Below are positions 1 to 10,509 of a DNA stretch of 64,000 nucleotides, in pieces (the stretch's first letter is position 1; each line of letters begins with the position of its first letter). The notes beneath the pieces were generated by a model. That model searched no databases and was not told the DNA's origin. It saw nothing but the letters and a program-made list of their open reading frames with translations. Origin of the DNA: Chthoniobacterales bacterium (GTDB lineage Bacteria > Verrucomicrobiota > Verrucomicrobiia > Chthoniobacterales > JACTMZ01). Position numbers and translations under genes: made by a program. The DNA lies in assembly GCA_021463515.1 (NCBI GenBank), contig JAJTYZ010000041.1, positions 24,642-88,641 on the forward strand, written 5' to 3'.

Positions 1-713
1 CGACGCTTTTTACGGGTGCCAGCTTGGGATTTATTTTTGCCACAGGCCTTCAGCAATTTTGGCCACACCTCGGTGTACATCCTGCCATCTTTGGATTGGT
101 GGGGATGGGAGCATTGCTGGCGGCCACGACGCAGGCTCCTCTCATGGCCATCATCCTCGCGTTTGAACTTTCGTTAAATTACGACATCATTCTTCCGCTC
201 ATGGCTGCGTGCGTACTGGCCTACCAAACATCTCGCCTTTTTGCCACGCGTGGGGTCTATGCGGGAGTGACGAGCAGTGCCGCGAATCTTTCCTTCGAGC
301 GGCGTCTTGCTGCGGCGCATGTTGCGCAGATTATGAAGCCCGATCCTCCCTGCGTAACACTCGAAACAACCTTTCCGGAAATTGCCCGCCTCTTTGTTTC
401 TCATCGCGTGAATTACCTCTACGTCATCAACGCACAACATCGTTTTTGCGGCGTTGTTTCCATGCACGATGTGAAAGAATTTCTCGGTGATGCCGACTTT
501 TCTGCCGTTGTCATCGCCGGTGATTTGGTGCGTGCAGAATTTCCCACGGTTGAGCCGGAAACGTCGCTTGCCATGGCGTTGGAAGTTTTTTCACGTCATA
601 CCGGCGAACGAATACCGGTGGTTTCCAAGGATGAAGAACGCCGACTCCTTGGCTCGGTTTCAAAAACTGATCTGATGTTGGCGTTGGTCAATCGTAAATC
701 CGTAGCGGCATAA
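1..713 (+). CDS. ClC-family chloride channel, C-terminal portion with tandem CBS domains (5' end outside window)
   Basis: The frame stays open from position 3 to the ORF-track start at 24, so the gene is cut by the window edge. Terminal ClC helices (GLVGMGALLAATTQAPLMAIILAFELS) are followed by two CBS-like repeats (HRVNYLYVINAQHRFCGVVSMHDV; ERIPVVSKDEERRLLGSVSKTDL). Confidence 0.85.
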   Translation, partial: TLFTGASLGFIFATGLQQFWPHLGVHPAIFGLVGMGALLAATTQAPLMAIILAFELSLNYDIILPLMAACVLAYQTSRLFATRGVYAGVTSSAANLSFERRLAAAHVAQIMKPDPPCVTLETTFPEIARLFVSHRVNYLYVINAQHRFCGVVSMHDVKEFLGDADFSAVVIAGDLVRAEFPTVEPETSLAMALEVFSRHTGERIPVVSKDEERRLLGSVSKTDLMLALVNRKSVAA

Positions 714-750
714 CCAACTTGCGAAATCTACAGAACGGAATGTTACAAAT

Positions 751-1569
751 GTGAACACGAAGAACGAAGGCGTGAGGAGTGCGGAAGAAATGCGGTCAGC
801 CTATCGGGCGCAGGATGGATTTCGGGTGGTAGCGGAGGGGGAGGATTGGATGGTCGTGGAGAAACCGGCGGGTTTGCTCACGCACCCAACGCGGCCTGAT
901 GGAGTGCCGACCTTGTGGGATGGACTGCGAGGATTGCTTGCTTACGAGCTAGCGAATAAGGGACAAATTTCCATCATCACACGGCTGGATCGTGAGACGA
1001 GTGGGCTTGTTTTACTGGCATTCACGCGGGAGCGGGCTCGGATGTTTGGGTTGGCTATGCAGAGCGGAAAAATTGCTAAAGAATACTTTGCGATCGTGAA
1101 GGGATGCCCGGAGTGGAAACGGACGGTCATTGATGCGCCCTTGATACGTCAGGGTGAAATTCGAGAGTCGCCAATTTGGCTTAAGCGTTGCGTGGATGCA
1201 CGCGGGGCGCGGGCTGTGACGGAGGCGGAAGTGATGCGGCGCGTTATGTGGGAAGGTCGGCATATTGCATTGGTGCGAGCACGGCCTCAAACGGGGCGAA
1301 CGCATCAAATACGAGTTCATCTGGCACATGCGGGGTATCCCCTCCTTGGTGATAAAATTTACGCTGAACGTGAAGGTGCTTATTTGGAATTTATCGAAAC
1401 GGGATGGACACCCTCGCTTGCGGCGGAGTTGTTGCTGCCGCGTCATGCGCTCCATGCGTGTGCTCTTGAGTTTGATGATGGGCAACGAAGGCACCGTGTG
1501 GAAAGTATGTTACCGGAGGATTTAGGAAAATTTTTTCGAGAGGAGCAAGGTGTGAACCGTGGAGAATGA
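751..1569 (+). CDS. RluA-family pseudouridine synthase
   Basis: 272-aa ORF with a GTG start. Motifs ITRLDRETSGLVLLA (catalytic Asp) and GRTHQIRVHLAHAGYPLLGDKIY. Confidence 0.9.
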   Translation: MNTKNEGVRSAEEMRSAYRAQDGFRVVAEGEDWMVVEKPAGLLTHPTRPDGVPTLWDGLRGLLAYELANKGQISIITRLDRETSGLVLLAFTRERARMFGLAMQSGKIAKEYFAIVKGCPEWKRTVIDAPLIRQGEIRESPIWLKRCVDARGARAVTEAEVMRRVMWEGRHIALVRARPQTGRTHQIRVHLAHAGYPLLGDKIYAEREGAYLEFIETGWTPSLAAELLLPRHALHACALEFDDGQRRHRVESMLPEDLGKFFREEQGVNRGE

Positions 1570-1637
1570 TTTTGCGTTGCTTCCACCTTGCACCGGCGGG
1601 ATGTGGACTCTAATTTTCCAGATATTCAACCAACCCA

Positions 1638-1823
1638 ATGATGATTCAAAAAACATTCCACTATGCATTGCTGTCGCTCGCCCTTGTGGTGTTTTGCGGA
1701 TGTGCGGCAGTTCGAGAACCGGTTTCGACAGCACCTCAACAAATTGAACAGGGTGTTCGCGGCCAAGGCCAGATTGTGACACGTAATCCCACCTCCGACG
1801 CTTTCGGTTCCGATTACCAGTGA
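1638..1823 (+). CDS. small hypothetical lipoprotein
   Basis: 61-aa ORF with a lipobox-like signal peptide (LALVVFCG-C). It fills the gap before guaA, and its stop overlaps the guaA GTG (GTGA). Confidence 0.5.
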   Translation: MMIQKTFHYALLSLALVVFCGCAAVREPVSTAPQQIEQGVRGQGQIVTRNPTSDAFGSDYQ

Positions 1824-3403
1824 AACGTACCTCGTCCACCAGCGCAGGGGCGTCGAAAATCGTCATCCTCGATTTCGGTTCGCAATACACGCAGGTCATT
1901 GCACGCCGTGTGCGGGAATGTCATGTCTATTCGGAGATTCTTCCGCACACGACGTCCGCATCGGAGCTGAAGCACAGCGGAGCACGCGGCATTATTTTAT
2001 CGGGTGGCCCGGCGAGTGTTTATGCTAAGGGAGCACCCCGTGTGGATCGTGGGATTTACCGTCTCGGGTTACCGATTCTTGGAATTTGTTATGGCATGCA
2101 ATTGCTGGCACGGGATCTTGACGGCGCGGTGCAACCTTCGGAAGAGCGTGAATTCGGTTCGGGGAGATTTACAATTACTCGTACATCGCCGCTCTTTGCG
2201 GGACTCCCGAAGACGCTCGATGTGTGGAATAGCCATGGTGATAAAGTGACGCGGCTTCCTGCAGGATTTGTGGCGGTGGGGGCGACGGAAAACTCTAAAT
2301 CTGCCGCGATTGCAGATACGCGCCGTAAATTCTATGGACTTCAATTTCATCCGGAAGTTTCACATACGCCGCGCGGGAGTGAGGTAATTGAAAACTTTGT
2401 TATGGGTATTTGCGGCTGTCGTGCGGATTGGACGCCCGGGTCCTTTATTGAACGAACATGCGCGGAGATTCGCGAGCAGGTTGGAGAGGATCGGGTGGTG
2501 TTGGGGCTGAGCGGAGGTGTGGATTCTTCCGTAGCGGCAGCACTGCTGCATCGTGCCATCGGCTCACAGCTTACGTGCATCTTTGTGGACAATGGCCTGC
2601 TTCGTGCCGGAGAGCGTGTGTGGGTACGCGAAATTTTTGGAAAGCACTTTCATCTAGATTTGCGCGTGGTGGATGCCTCGGCAAGTTTCCTTGGGAAATT
2701 ACGTGGGGTTACGGACCCTGAGCGAAAACGCAAAATTATCGGGCGGGAGTTTATCCGGGTTTTTGAAAAGGCGGCAAAGTCTTTCGCAACACGGCGGAGG
2801 GGACGTCCCTTTCGATTTCTTGCGCAGGGGACACTTTACCCGGATGTGATTGAAAGTGTGCCCATCGGAGGGAATCCGGCAGCGATGATTAAGAGCCATC
2901 ACAATGTTGGCGGATTGCCCAAGCGCATGAAGTTTCAACTCGTCGAGCCACTGCAGCAGTTGTTTAAGGACGAAGTGCGTGAGGTAGGGCTACAACTCGG
3001 ATTGCCACGTGAAATTGTCCATCGTCAACCCTTCCCGGGCCCGGGCCTCGCCGTACGCATTCTCGGCGAAGTCACGCGCTCTCGCGTGCGTGTGTTGCAA
3101 GCGGCGGATGAAATTGTGCAAGCCGAAATGGTGACTTCCGGTTGGTATGATCGCGTGTGGCAATCCTTTGCCGTCCTCCTGCCTGTTCGTTCCGTAGGCG
3201 TGATGGGCGATGAGCGAACATTTGAAAACACCGTGGCATTGCGTGTGGTGGAAAGTCGCGATGGAATGACTGCCGATTGGGTGCGGTTGCCTTATGAATT
3301 GTTGGGGCGCATTTCGACGCGGATCATTAACGAAGTCAAAGGCGTCAATCGCGTCTGCTATGATATTTCCAGCAAGCCGCCGGCAACTATTGAGTGGGAA
3401 TAA
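1820..3403 (+). CDS. guaA: GMP synthase (glutamine-hydrolysing)
   Basis: 527 aa. GATase part ([24 protein letters not shown]), ATP-pyrophosphatase P-loop (SGGVDSSV), and the typical C-terminus ...KPPATIEWE. Confidence 0.97.
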   Translation: MKRTSSTSAGASKIVILDFGSQYTQVIARRVRECHVYSEILPHTTSASELKHSGARGIILSGGPASVYAKGAPRVDRGIYRLGLPILGICYGMQLLARDLDGAVQPSEEREFGSGRFTITRTSPLFAGLPKTLDVWNSHGDKVTRLPAGFVAVGATENSKSAAIADTRRKFYGLQFHPEVSHTPRGSEVIENFVMGICGCRADWTPGSFIERTCAEIREQVGEDRVVLGLSGGVDSSVAAALLHRAIGSQLTCIFVDNGLLRAGERVWVREIFGKHFHLDLRVVDASASFLGKLRGVTDPERKRKIIGREFIRVFEKAAKSFATRRRGRPFRFLAQGTLYPDVIESVPIGGNPAAMIKSHHNVGGLPKRMKFQLVEPLQQLFKDEVREVGLQLGLPREIVHRQPFPGPGLAVRILGEVTRSRVRVLQAADEIVQAEMVTSGWYDRVWQSFAVLLPVRSVGVMGDERTFENTVALRVVESRDGMTADWVRLPYELLGRISTRIINEVKGVNRVCYDISSKPPATIEWE

Positions 3404-3408
3404 GCTGT

Positions 3409-3900
3409 ATGACACGCGCCATTTATCCCGGAAGTTTTGATCCTGTGACTCTTGGGCATATTGACGTTATTGGTCGAGCATTGGCACTTTTTGATGAAGT
3501 GCTGGTGGCGGCTGCGCCGAGCGAAGGGAAGGGGCCACTTTTTACAATTGAGGAGCGATTGGAATTGATTCGATCTTCGTTGCCGGAGGAGCGACGGCTT
3601 TTTGTCAAAAAGTTGGACGGCCTTTTGGTGGATTTTGTGAAGCGTGAAAAGGCCACGGTGATTATTCGAGGATTACGGGCGGTTTCGGATTTTGAATTTG
3701 AATTTCAAATGGCATTGATGAATCGCCGCCTGGCGCCTGATATTGAAACGATCTTTCTTATGCCCAAGGAGGATTACAGCTACATCAGCAGCCGCATTGT
3801 TAAAGAAGTGGCGCGTCTCGGTGGTGATGTTTCCGGTGTGGTCACGACTCCGGTGCAGGAGGCTTTGAGGAAAAAATATGAGGGAGGAAGTTTGATATGA
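3409..3900 (+). CDS. coaD: phosphopantetheine adenylyltransferase
   Basis: Motif YPGSFDPVTLGHIDVI. I chose the ATG at 3409 over the ORF-track start at 3394, which would overlap guaA. Confidence 0.95.
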   Translation: MTRAIYPGSFDPVTLGHIDVIGRALALFDEVLVAAAPSEGKGPLFTIEERLELIRSSLPEERRLFVKKLDGLLVDFVKREKATVIIRGLRAVSDFEFEFQMALMNRRLAPDIETIFLMPKEDYSYISSRIVKEVARLGGDVSGVVTTPVQEALRKKYEGGSLI

Positions 3901-4352
3901 TTGGAGTGCATTTGAGGCAAATTCCACCCGAGGGAAAACATGTCGAGGGCGTGGAAGACGCCGCATTTTTGGACCTCCAAGAAATTGAGGCGCAGGCTAC
4001 GGGGCCGATGCATTATGATTTGCAAGTTGGTACTTCCGAGGGTGGCGTTTTTGCCACGGGGCGTTTGTCCGTGCCTCTCCAATTACGATGCGTCGCTTGT
4101 TTGCAACCTTTTGATTTTACGGCGGAGATAGATTCGTTTGCGATGCAGATTGAAGCGGATAGGCGGGAGTTTGTGGATTTTACGCCGATGATTCGCGAAG
4201 AGGTTTTATTGGCTTTGCCAAACCACCCACGTTGTGATTTAAATAGCAGGCTCCATTGTCCCTACCAACGCCCGGAAGCTTCCGGCAGAGGTAAACGGCG
4301 GAAGTCAGACTCCGCGTGGGATCAGTTGGAAAATTTTAAACCTGAACGTTGA
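3897..4352 (+). CDS. yceD: YceD/DUF177-family protein (large-subunit rRNA accumulation protein)
   Basis: 151-aa acidic protein with Cys pairs (RCVACLQPF ... PRCDLNSRLHCP). It lies directly upstream of rpmF in the conserved yceD-rpmF-plsX-fabH arrangement. ATGA overlap with coaD. Confidence 0.8.
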   Translation: MIGVHLRQIPPEGKHVEGVEDAAFLDLQEIEAQATGPMHYDLQVGTSEGGVFATGRLSVPLQLRCVACLQPFDFTAEIDSFAMQIEADRREFVDFTPMIREEVLLALPNHPRCDLNSRLHCPYQRPEASGRGKRRKSDSAWDQLENFKPER

Positions 4353-4358
4353 TTCGAT

Positions 4359-4541
4359 ATGCCAGTTCCAAAACGCAAAGTTTCTAAAATGCGCTTGCGC
4401 ACCCGTAAAGCCGCCAATCGTTGGCGTGCGGGAAAACTCGGTACCTGTGCCCAATGCGGTGCTAAAGTGCCTTCACACACCGCTTGCCCTTCCTGCGGTT
4501 ATTACAAAGGTCGGCAGATTCTCTCGGTCGGCGCAGCCTGA
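4359..4541 (+). CDS. rpmF: 50S ribosomal protein L32
   Basis: Starts MPVPKRKVSKMRLRTRKAANRW, with a zinc-ribbon CAQCG...CPSCG. Confidence 0.95.
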   Translation: MPVPKRKVSKMRLRTRKAANRWRAGKLGTCAQCGAKVPSHTACPSCGYYKGRQILSVGAA

Positions 4542-4556
4542 CCCTCTTAAAATCCT

Positions 4557-5564
4557 ATGAGGGTTGCGCTCGACGCCATGGGCGGTGACTACGCCCCGCA
4601 AAACTGTGTGGCGGGAAGCGTGCAGGCTTTGCGAGACTTTTCGCATCTCCAGAAACTTTATCTGGTGGGTGACGAGACGCGCATTCGCGAGGAGCTCGAC
4701 AAGCATCGTTGTGCCGATCCACGCCTCGAAATCGTCCATGCTTCGCAGGTAGTTGAAATGTCGGAGAGTGCCGTGGAAAGCGTCCGGCGCAAAAAAGATT
4801 CTTCCATTACTCGTGCTGTTGACCTCGTCAAAAATGGAGATGCCGATGCAATTGTTAGTGCGGGCCACACGGGTGCTGCTGTCGCCGCGACGACGATTAA
4901 ATTGCGCACGCTTGAAGGCGTGGATCGTCCTGGAATTGCGGCCGTGCTTCCTACAGAAACAAATCTCACCGTCCTTATGGATGCCGGTGCCAATACCGAT
5001 GCGCGACCGGAACACATGTTGCAATATGCGATCATGGGAGCCGTTTTTTCGCGCTATGTTCTCGGCTACACCAATCCTGCCATTGGGCTGATGTCCATCG
5101 GCGGCGAAGACATTAAGGGCAGCGAATTTACCAAAGATATTTTCAAATTGCTAAAAGCCAGCGGACTTAATTTTCGTGGCAACATCGAAGGACATGACCT
5201 TTTTCAGAATCCGGTTGAAGTTGTATTGAGCGATGGATTCACGGGCAATGTCGTTCTTAAAACCTGCGAAGCCACAGCGGAGGCCGTGATTCATTGGCTC
5301 AAAAATGAACTTAAGCGCACGCCCGTGCGGTTGGCGGGGGCACTGCTTGCCAAGAGTGCTTTCCAAACGATTAAGCGCCGCACCAACTATGAAGAATATG
5401 GAGGAAGTCCACTCCTCGGAGTGGATGGTATCTGCATTATTGGCCATGGATCGAGCAGCGCGAAAGCCATCCGAAACGCGATTCGCGTCGCCATGGAATC
5501 CATTCAACAACGCATCAATCCACGCATCGTCGAGGAGCTTGCTGCTTTTTACGCTCAAGAATGA
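4557..5564 (+). CDS. plsX: phosphate acyltransferase PlsX
   Basis: N-terminus MRVALDAMGGDYAPQ, 335 aa, in the classical position between rpmF and fabH. Confidence 0.95.
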   Translation: MRVALDAMGGDYAPQNCVAGSVQALRDFSHLQKLYLVGDETRIREELDKHRCADPRLEIVHASQVVEMSESAVESVRRKKDSSITRAVDLVKNGDADAIVSAGHTGAAVAATTIKLRTLEGVDRPGIAAVLPTETNLTVLMDAGANTDARPEHMLQYAIMGAVFSRYVLGYTNPAIGLMSIGGEDIKGSEFTKDIFKLLKASGLNFRGNIEGHDLFQNPVEVVLSDGFTGNVVLKTCEATAEAVIHWLKNELKRTPVRLAGALLAKSAFQTIKRRTNYEEYGGSPLLGVDGICIIGHGSSSAKAIRNAIRVAMESIQQRINPRIVEELAAFYAQE

Positions 5565-6562
5565 AAAATGCCCCGTCCTTACGTTCTGTCGCTATCACTG
5601 GAACCGGAAAATACGTGCCCGAGCGTATTTTGACCAATGAAGACTTGCGGCAGATGGTGGACACGTCGGACGAATGGATCACGACGCGGACAGGAATAAA
5701 AAAGCGGCGTATTGCAGCAGCGAATGAGGCAACGAGTGATCTTGCCTCGGCGGCGGCGCGTCAGGCTTTGGAAAATGCCGATGTTGCGGCGGCTGACCTC
5801 GATCTTATTGTCGTGGGCACGGTCACTCCGGACATGGCGTTTCCGGCCACAGCATGTTTTGTGCAAAAGGAACTCGGAGCAACCAAGGCGACGTGTTTTG
5901 ATGTTTCCGGAGCGTGTTCAGGATTTCTTTACGGATTGGAAATTGCACGAGGCTATATTGCCTCGGGCATGGCCGAAAAAGCGTTGGTGATTGGTGCCGA
6001 TAAATTGAGCGGGATTATTGATTGGACGGATCGAAATACGTGTGTGCTTTTTGGAGACGGGGCAGGTGCGGCGGTTTTGGAAGCGGCGAAAGATGGCGGG
6101 GGAGAAGTTGTTTCTACGTATTCCGGAAGCGATGGGTCGCTGGATGAAATTCTCAATGTACCGGCGGGTGGTTCACGTTGTCCTCTAACTTCTGAAAATG
6201 TGGACTCCAAGCTCAACACCATGAAAATGGCAGGGCGGGAAGTTTATCGTCATGCGGTGACAACAATGGTATCCGCAGCGAAGGAAGCCATTACACGCGC
6301 AGGGCTGACGCCGAAGGACATAGCATGTTTTATTCCACATCAAGCCAATCTTCGCATCATCGAAACCATCGCCCATAAGCTCGACATGCCGATGGAACGC
6401 TTTTTTGTCAACCTCACGGAATACGGCAACACATCGGCGGCTGCTGTGGCCATTGCGCTTGATGAGGCGCAGCGAAGCGGACGCATCAAACGTGGCGATT
6501 ATATTCTCATGGTTGTTTTTGGCGGAGGTCTTACGTGGGCGTCGTCGGTGATTCGTTGGTAA
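5561..6562 (+). CDS. fabH: 3-oxoacyl-ACP synthase III
   Basis: Active-site GACSGFLYGL, HQANLRII and GNTSAAAV motifs. ATGA overlap with plsX. Confidence 0.95.
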   Translation: MKNAPSLRSVAITGTGKYVPERILTNEDLRQMVDTSDEWITTRTGIKKRRIAAANEATSDLASAAARQALENADVAAADLDLIVVGTVTPDMAFPATACFVQKELGATKATCFDVSGACSGFLYGLEIARGYIASGMAEKALVIGADKLSGIIDWTDRNTCVLFGDGAGAAVLEAAKDGGGEVVSTYSGSDGSLDEILNVPAGGSRCPLTSENVDSKLNTMKMAGREVYRHAVTTMVSAAKEAITRAGLTPKDIACFIPHQANLRIIETIAHKLDMPMERFFVNLTEYGNTSAAAVAIALDEAQRSGRIKRGDYILMVVFGGGLTWASSVIRW

Positions 6563-6567
6563 TTCCA

Positions 6568-7428
6568 GTGCTCACGGACACACACGCTCATTTGGATTAT
6601 CCGGAATATGACGGGCAGCTTGATGCTGTTCTTGCACGGGCGCGGGAAGCGGGGGTTCAACGAGTGATTACGATTGGCATTGATCGTGAGAGTTGCCATC
6701 GGTCATTAGCCATTGCGGAAAAATACGAGCATGTTTACGCCGTGGTTGGGTTGCATCCTTGTGCGGTGATGGACTCGGGGGCGATGGAATTTTTAAGCGA
6801 TCTGTCCGACTTGGCACGGCATCCGAAGGTAGTGGGGATTGGGGAGACGGGATTGGATTATCATCATTTACCAAGTCGTGAGCTGATACAACGTGACAAA
6901 TCCGAAGCAGTTTTTGGTGCTTTGATGGCGGGAACCGCCGAAGCAACTCAAGCGGAAATTGCCGATGGGGCGGTTAAATCTGCGCAGGCAGAGGCATTTA
7001 AGGTGCAACTTGATATCGCCGTAGAACTCGGCCTCAACGTCACCATTCATCAACGCGATGCGTGGCAAGACACCTTAGATATTTTACGTCCGTTCACGGG
7101 GAAATTACGCGGTGTTTTTCATTGCTTCGGAGGCTCTCCGGAAGATGTTGCCGAGGTGGTGGGAATGGGGCATTTGGTTTCCTTCACCGGCATTGTCACC
7201 TTTAAGAATGCGGCCTTAACTCAGGCCTCCGCCATATCGGTCGCCGCCGAAGGGTACATGGTGGAAACCGATTGTCCGTATCTCGCGCCTGTACCCTTTC
7301 GAGGAAGCACCTGCGAACCGGCGCATGTGCGCCTTACAGCGGAGAAAATAGCGGTATTGCGCGGGGAGACATTGGATAAAGTTTCTGCGGATACGGAGGC
7401 TGCAGTTCGAAGATTCTTCAAATTGTAA
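6568..7428 (+). CDS. TatD-family metal-dependent hydrolase
   Basis: Motifs (V)LTDTHAHLD, VTIHQRDAW and METDCPYLAP. I prefer the GTG at 6568, just after the fabH stop, over the ORF-track start at 6535; the exact start is uncertain. Confidence 0.88.
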   Translation: MLTDTHAHLDYPEYDGQLDAVLARAREAGVQRVITIGIDRESCHRSLAIAEKYEHVYAVVGLHPCAVMDSGAMEFLSDLSDLARHPKVVGIGETGLDYHHLPSRELIQRDKSEAVFGALMAGTAEATQAEIADGAVKSAQAEAFKVQLDIAVELGLNVTIHQRDAWQDTLDILRPFTGKLRGVFHCFGGSPEDVAEVVGMGHLVSFTGIVTFKNAALTQASAISVAAEGYMVETDCPYLAPVPFRGSTCEPAHVRLTAEKIAVLRGETLDKVSADTEAAVRRFFKL

Positions 7429-7444
7429 GAACCGCCTTCGGAAT

Positions 7445-7475
7445 GGCTGTGTGTTGGCAGCCTGTTTTGATTTTT
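7445..7475 (+). terminator. rho-independent terminator candidate after the tatD-like gene
   Basis: Hairpin GGCTG-N8-CAGCC (7445-7462) followed by the T-rich tract TGTTTTGATTTTT. Confidence 0.5.
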
Positions 7476-7611
7476 GACCAAGCGAGAGATAGCTGGCACA
7501 TTGCAACGTGCTGAATTTTTAATCTTCGATTCTAAAATGATATCGTCCTTAAATTTTGGAGTGCTTGCCGGGATGCCTTGGCAGCTTGGGAGGATGCTTC
7601 GGTAAATTGTC

Positions 7612-8478
7612 ATGCTTTCTTACGTAAAAAGCGTTCTCGATTTTTCGGCGTTTCGGCCCGAGCCGGATGATCCGCGAGCATCTTGGGGCGGGCGATTTCC
7701 CGGGCGAACGACAGCAATTTTACATGTAGGAAGAAATAGCTTGGCATTTTCGAAATTGGATCGCCAGGGGAAAGCTGAGTCGGTTGCGCGGAGTCAGGGT
7801 GAGTATAAAGAAATCTTTGGAGAATTGGGACCGGAGATTCGAGAGGGGACATTTGAGGGTTGGTGTACGGTCTCGATTGACACCCGTTACGTGATCAGCG
7901 TCGAAAGTAATCTCTCCCGCAAACCAGGCTCCGAGGCGACGTTAAAAAAGGACCCTCGCAGCATACTTCATGCACGTTATGAGCGGGGTAAACGCTATTC
8001 GGTAACACACAATCCCGAGACAAACTCCAGTCTTCTACTCACGCTTGATGAAGAGAGTATCAAAAAGGTGGAAATGCTCTGCAAGGAGCAAAAGCTCAAA
8101 ATTGGCCGGATATGCTGTGGTACCTACGTGCTACTGCGAAATGCTTTGTCCATGACGAATGTTAAAAAGGGTGCAGACTCACCTTTTAGTGCTCTCTATA
8201 TTGCCTGCTGCAATGGCTCGGTCTGTGCGCTTTCGCAGGAAAAAGATAACTGGCTCGAAGTGCGGTCGAGGCCGGACCTTTTTGCCGATGACATCAAGCC
8301 GATGTTGGATTTGCTCCAACCTTTTCAAGAAAGACTCAGCGAAAATGCCAAAATCATTGTCGCTTGCGATGAGCCAATTCCGCAGTTGGAGGATGGTTTA
8401 GCACAAATGTTTCCCGGGCGTGCCATTCAAGATTTCACCGAATCGGGTTACTTAGCTCGATTGCTACATACGAATTAA
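7612..8478 (+). CDS. hypothetical protein, first gene of the pilus/T2SS-like operon (PilM/GspL position; function unproven)
   Basis: 288-aa soluble ORF 2 nt upstream of a PilN-like gene. I recognise no motif; the actin-fold phosphate-1 position reads LHVGRNS, with no Asp. Confidence 0.55.
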   Translation: MLSYVKSVLDFSAFRPEPDDPRASWGGRFPGRTTAILHVGRNSLAFSKLDRQGKAESVARSQGEYKEIFGELGPEIREGTFEGWCTVSIDTRYVISVESNLSRKPGSEATLKKDPRSILHARYERGKRYSVTHNPETNSSLLLTLDEESIKKVEMLCKEQKLKIGRICCGTYVLLRNALSMTNVKKGADSPFSALYIACCNGSVCALSQEKDNWLEVRSRPDLFADDIKPMLDLLQPFQERLSENAKIIVACDEPIPQLEDGLAQMFPGRAIQDFTESGYLARLLHTN

Positions 8479-8480
8479 CC

Positions 8481-9110
8481 ATGCTAATTCTCGGGCGCGA
8501 AATTGACGATTTTAAGACGGAGCGCAAAGGCATTTTGGCACCGTTGCCCATGATCTTACGCCTTGTGCCGATTCTATTTTACGGGGCGCTCCTTTTTCTC
8601 ATTGTCGTAGGTTCCGCCGCCTACCTCCATCGGCGTGTTGCCGAGGCACGACGCGATGCCGTGTTGAAAGACGTGAGTGAGCTTAAGAAAAAGATCGAAA
8701 CGTATAAAGCCGAACGATCGGCACTCGAAGCACAGATTCGTGAAGCGACGGACCTAGAATTATGGGTACTTGCCTCCATGCCTTTGCAACCCCTCGTGAT
8801 GAGTATCATTCGCAGCATGACTCAGCAGTCCTCCATTGTGAATCTCACCCTAGAACGTGATGCGGAAACACCGTCGCAACTTCGTATGAATTTGCGCATC
8901 AATGCCGATTCAGATGAGCAATTGGAGAGGTCATTGGAAGCGATTCGAGAAATGGATTATCGGGAGTTTTCGCCCACACAAACGCGGGTGCGAGAAGATC
9001 TTGATTATCGAGCGAGTTTGTTGTGGCAAAATCCGCACACGCGGCGGCAATTGCCGGAGGAACGGATGGGTGCCGTTGGAACGACGGAAGCCAAGGGAGG
9101 CAGGCCATGA
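8481..9110 (+). CDS. PilN/GspL-like bitopic membrane protein (architecture-based call)
   Basis: 209 aa. Short N-tail, one TM helix (LVPILFYGALLFLIVVGSAAYL), a coiled coil (KDVSELKKKIETYKAERSALEAQIREA), then a roughly 100-aa C-domain. Confidence 0.55.
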   Translation: MLILGREIDDFKTERKGILAPLPMILRLVPILFYGALLFLIVVGSAAYLHRRVAEARRDAVLKDVSELKKKIETYKAERSALEAQIREATDLELWVLASMPLQPLVMSIIRSMTQQSSIVNLTLERDAETPSQLRMNLRINADSDEQLERSLEAIREMDYREFSPTQTRVREDLDYRASLLWQNPHTRRQLPEERMGAVGTTEAKGGRP

Positions 9111-9661
9111 ATCCCAAACAAATTGGTTGCGTGGTGTTGTTGGTGGGCATCCTGCTTTTTGTTCAGTGGGGGCTATCCATGAGTAAGGGTGCTAAGGTGA
9201 TTGATGATCAGACGCATGCGGCCCAGAAGGAAGCTGAAACCCTAAACACACAATTGGCCATTGAGACCGCCATATTGAAAGACCTTCAAGGGCAATCCAA
9301 AGAGCTGCTCGAGTTTGTGCAAAAATGGGAACCTTATTTTGCCGTCATTGAGGAACAGCACGCTGCTGAAACCGGCATCAGCATGAAGGTTCGTGAAGCA
9401 GGGATGCTCAATCTCTCCCAAAATTATCAGCAGATTCCCCACAAAATTAACAATAAGGAAAACCCCTCGTTGCCCATTCTTGTCCGTGCGTCGCTGGTCT
9501 TTGATGACGATTTTAGCAAACTTCTAAATTGGATTGGGATGATGGAAAAAATTAAACCGACCATGCGCATTGGGCGACTGGCGTTATCCAAAGGTTCTCG
9601 TGGAGAAGACCTGCGGATGGAAGTCGTTTTGGAAATTCCTCTGCGGAATAAGAAAAAATGA
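9107..9661 (+). CDS. PilO/GspM-like bitopic membrane protein (architecture-based call)
   Basis: ATG at 9107 with RBS AAGGGAGG and an ATGA overlap with the previous gene. TM helix (GCVVLLVGILLFVQWG), a coiled coil, then a C-domain. Confidence 0.55.
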   Translation: MNPKQIGCVVLLVGILLFVQWGLSMSKGAKVIDDQTHAAQKEAETLNTQLAIETAILKDLQGQSKELLEFVQKWEPYFAVIEEQHAAETGISMKVREAGMLNLSQNYQQIPHKINNKENPSLPILVRASLVFDDDFSKLLNWIGMMEKIKPTMRIGRLALSKGSRGEDLRMEVVLEIPLRNKKK

Positions 9662-10509
9662 ATCTTATGCCCCCAAGACTTTGCGCTTTGATTTACCGGC
9701 GAGATGGTAGCAGGAGGAGCGGGCACATGGCGCGGGGAGAGGAACGATCACGGGTGAGACACCGGTACCCCTTGGGCATTTTGGGCACGTCTTCGCTAGG
9801 CGTTGCGCTGTTAATGGCATTGACTTTATATCCCGCATGGGCACAGCAAGAAGTTTCGCCGGCGCAGCAGAAGGCGGCTGATCTTCGATTGCCGGATTTG
9901 GATCGCTCCGGATTATTGCCGGAAAAACGAAACCCGACCGATGTAAGGTCGGATGAAAGAAATCCCTTTGGTTCTGTGGCTCCTCCTCCCAAAGAAGAGA
10001 AAGAAATTGCGCCTATAGAAGTTGAGACCGAGGAGATGAAAATTCGCCGCATTTTGGGAAGCCTGCGTGTGAGTGGCGTTACGGGAGATGCGGCCACAGG
10101 TTATACGGCGCTCTTAGGTCCCCTCCAACTTCGTTCGGGAGAAGTGCTGCCTCGACTGTTTGCAGACCAAGCAGAAGCATTGCATGTGGTTTCTGTCACC
10201 GATCATGATGTGGTGCTTTCCTTCACCGAAAAAGACCCAACGCTGCCGCCGCGCACCTTGAGTTTTAGTTTTAATATGCGCCCGCGTGTTCGCTCGGTTT
10301 TGCCTGGAGAACTGGTTAAGAAGACTGTTACGTTCGATGGACGTGGAGCGGTAGCCATGGAGCCTCTAAAAACGAAGGGTGTTGCTGCCGTTTCGGAGGC
10401 ACTTGACAAACAGGGTGCGGAGTCTTTGGTTGAACGTAGCTTCGAAATGATGGGCGAGGCAACTTTTGTCCCACAAGACCATGACCCCCAACCCGCCAAA
10501 TCCAAATAG
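9658..10509 (+). CDS. PilP/GspC-like protein (hypothetical)
   Basis: ATGA overlap with the previous gene (an alternative ATG lies at 9727). Signal/TM segment LGVALLMALTLYPAWA, a Pro/Glu-rich linker, and a C-terminal segment LRVSGVTGD..GYTALLGPLQLRSGEVLP..VVSVTDHDVVLSF that resembles the PilP/GspC beta-domain pattern. Confidence 0.5.
   Translation: MNLMPPRLCALIYRRDGSRRSGHMARGEERSRVRHRYPLGILGTSSLGVALLMALTLYPAWAQQEVSPAQQKAADLRLPDLDRSGLLPEKRNPTDVRSDERNPFGSVAPPPKEEKEIAPIEVETEEMKIRRILGSLRVSGVTGDAATGYTALLGPLQLRSGEVLPRLFADQAEALHVVSVTDHDVVLSFTEKDPTLPPRTLSFSFNMRPRVRSVLPGELVKKTVTFDGRGAVAMEPLKTKGVAAVSEALDKQGAESLVERSFEMMGEATFVPQDHDPQPAKSK

Noticed and set aside
7429-7611. TGGCA-containing sequences (7456-7471, 7493-7507, 7577-7595) that looked like sigma54 -24/-12 promoters ahead of the pilus-like operon.
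   Set aside because: The spacing between the GG and a GC dinucleotide is wrong in each case (too short, too long, or TTTG instead of TTGC), so none fits TGGCAC-N5-TTGC.
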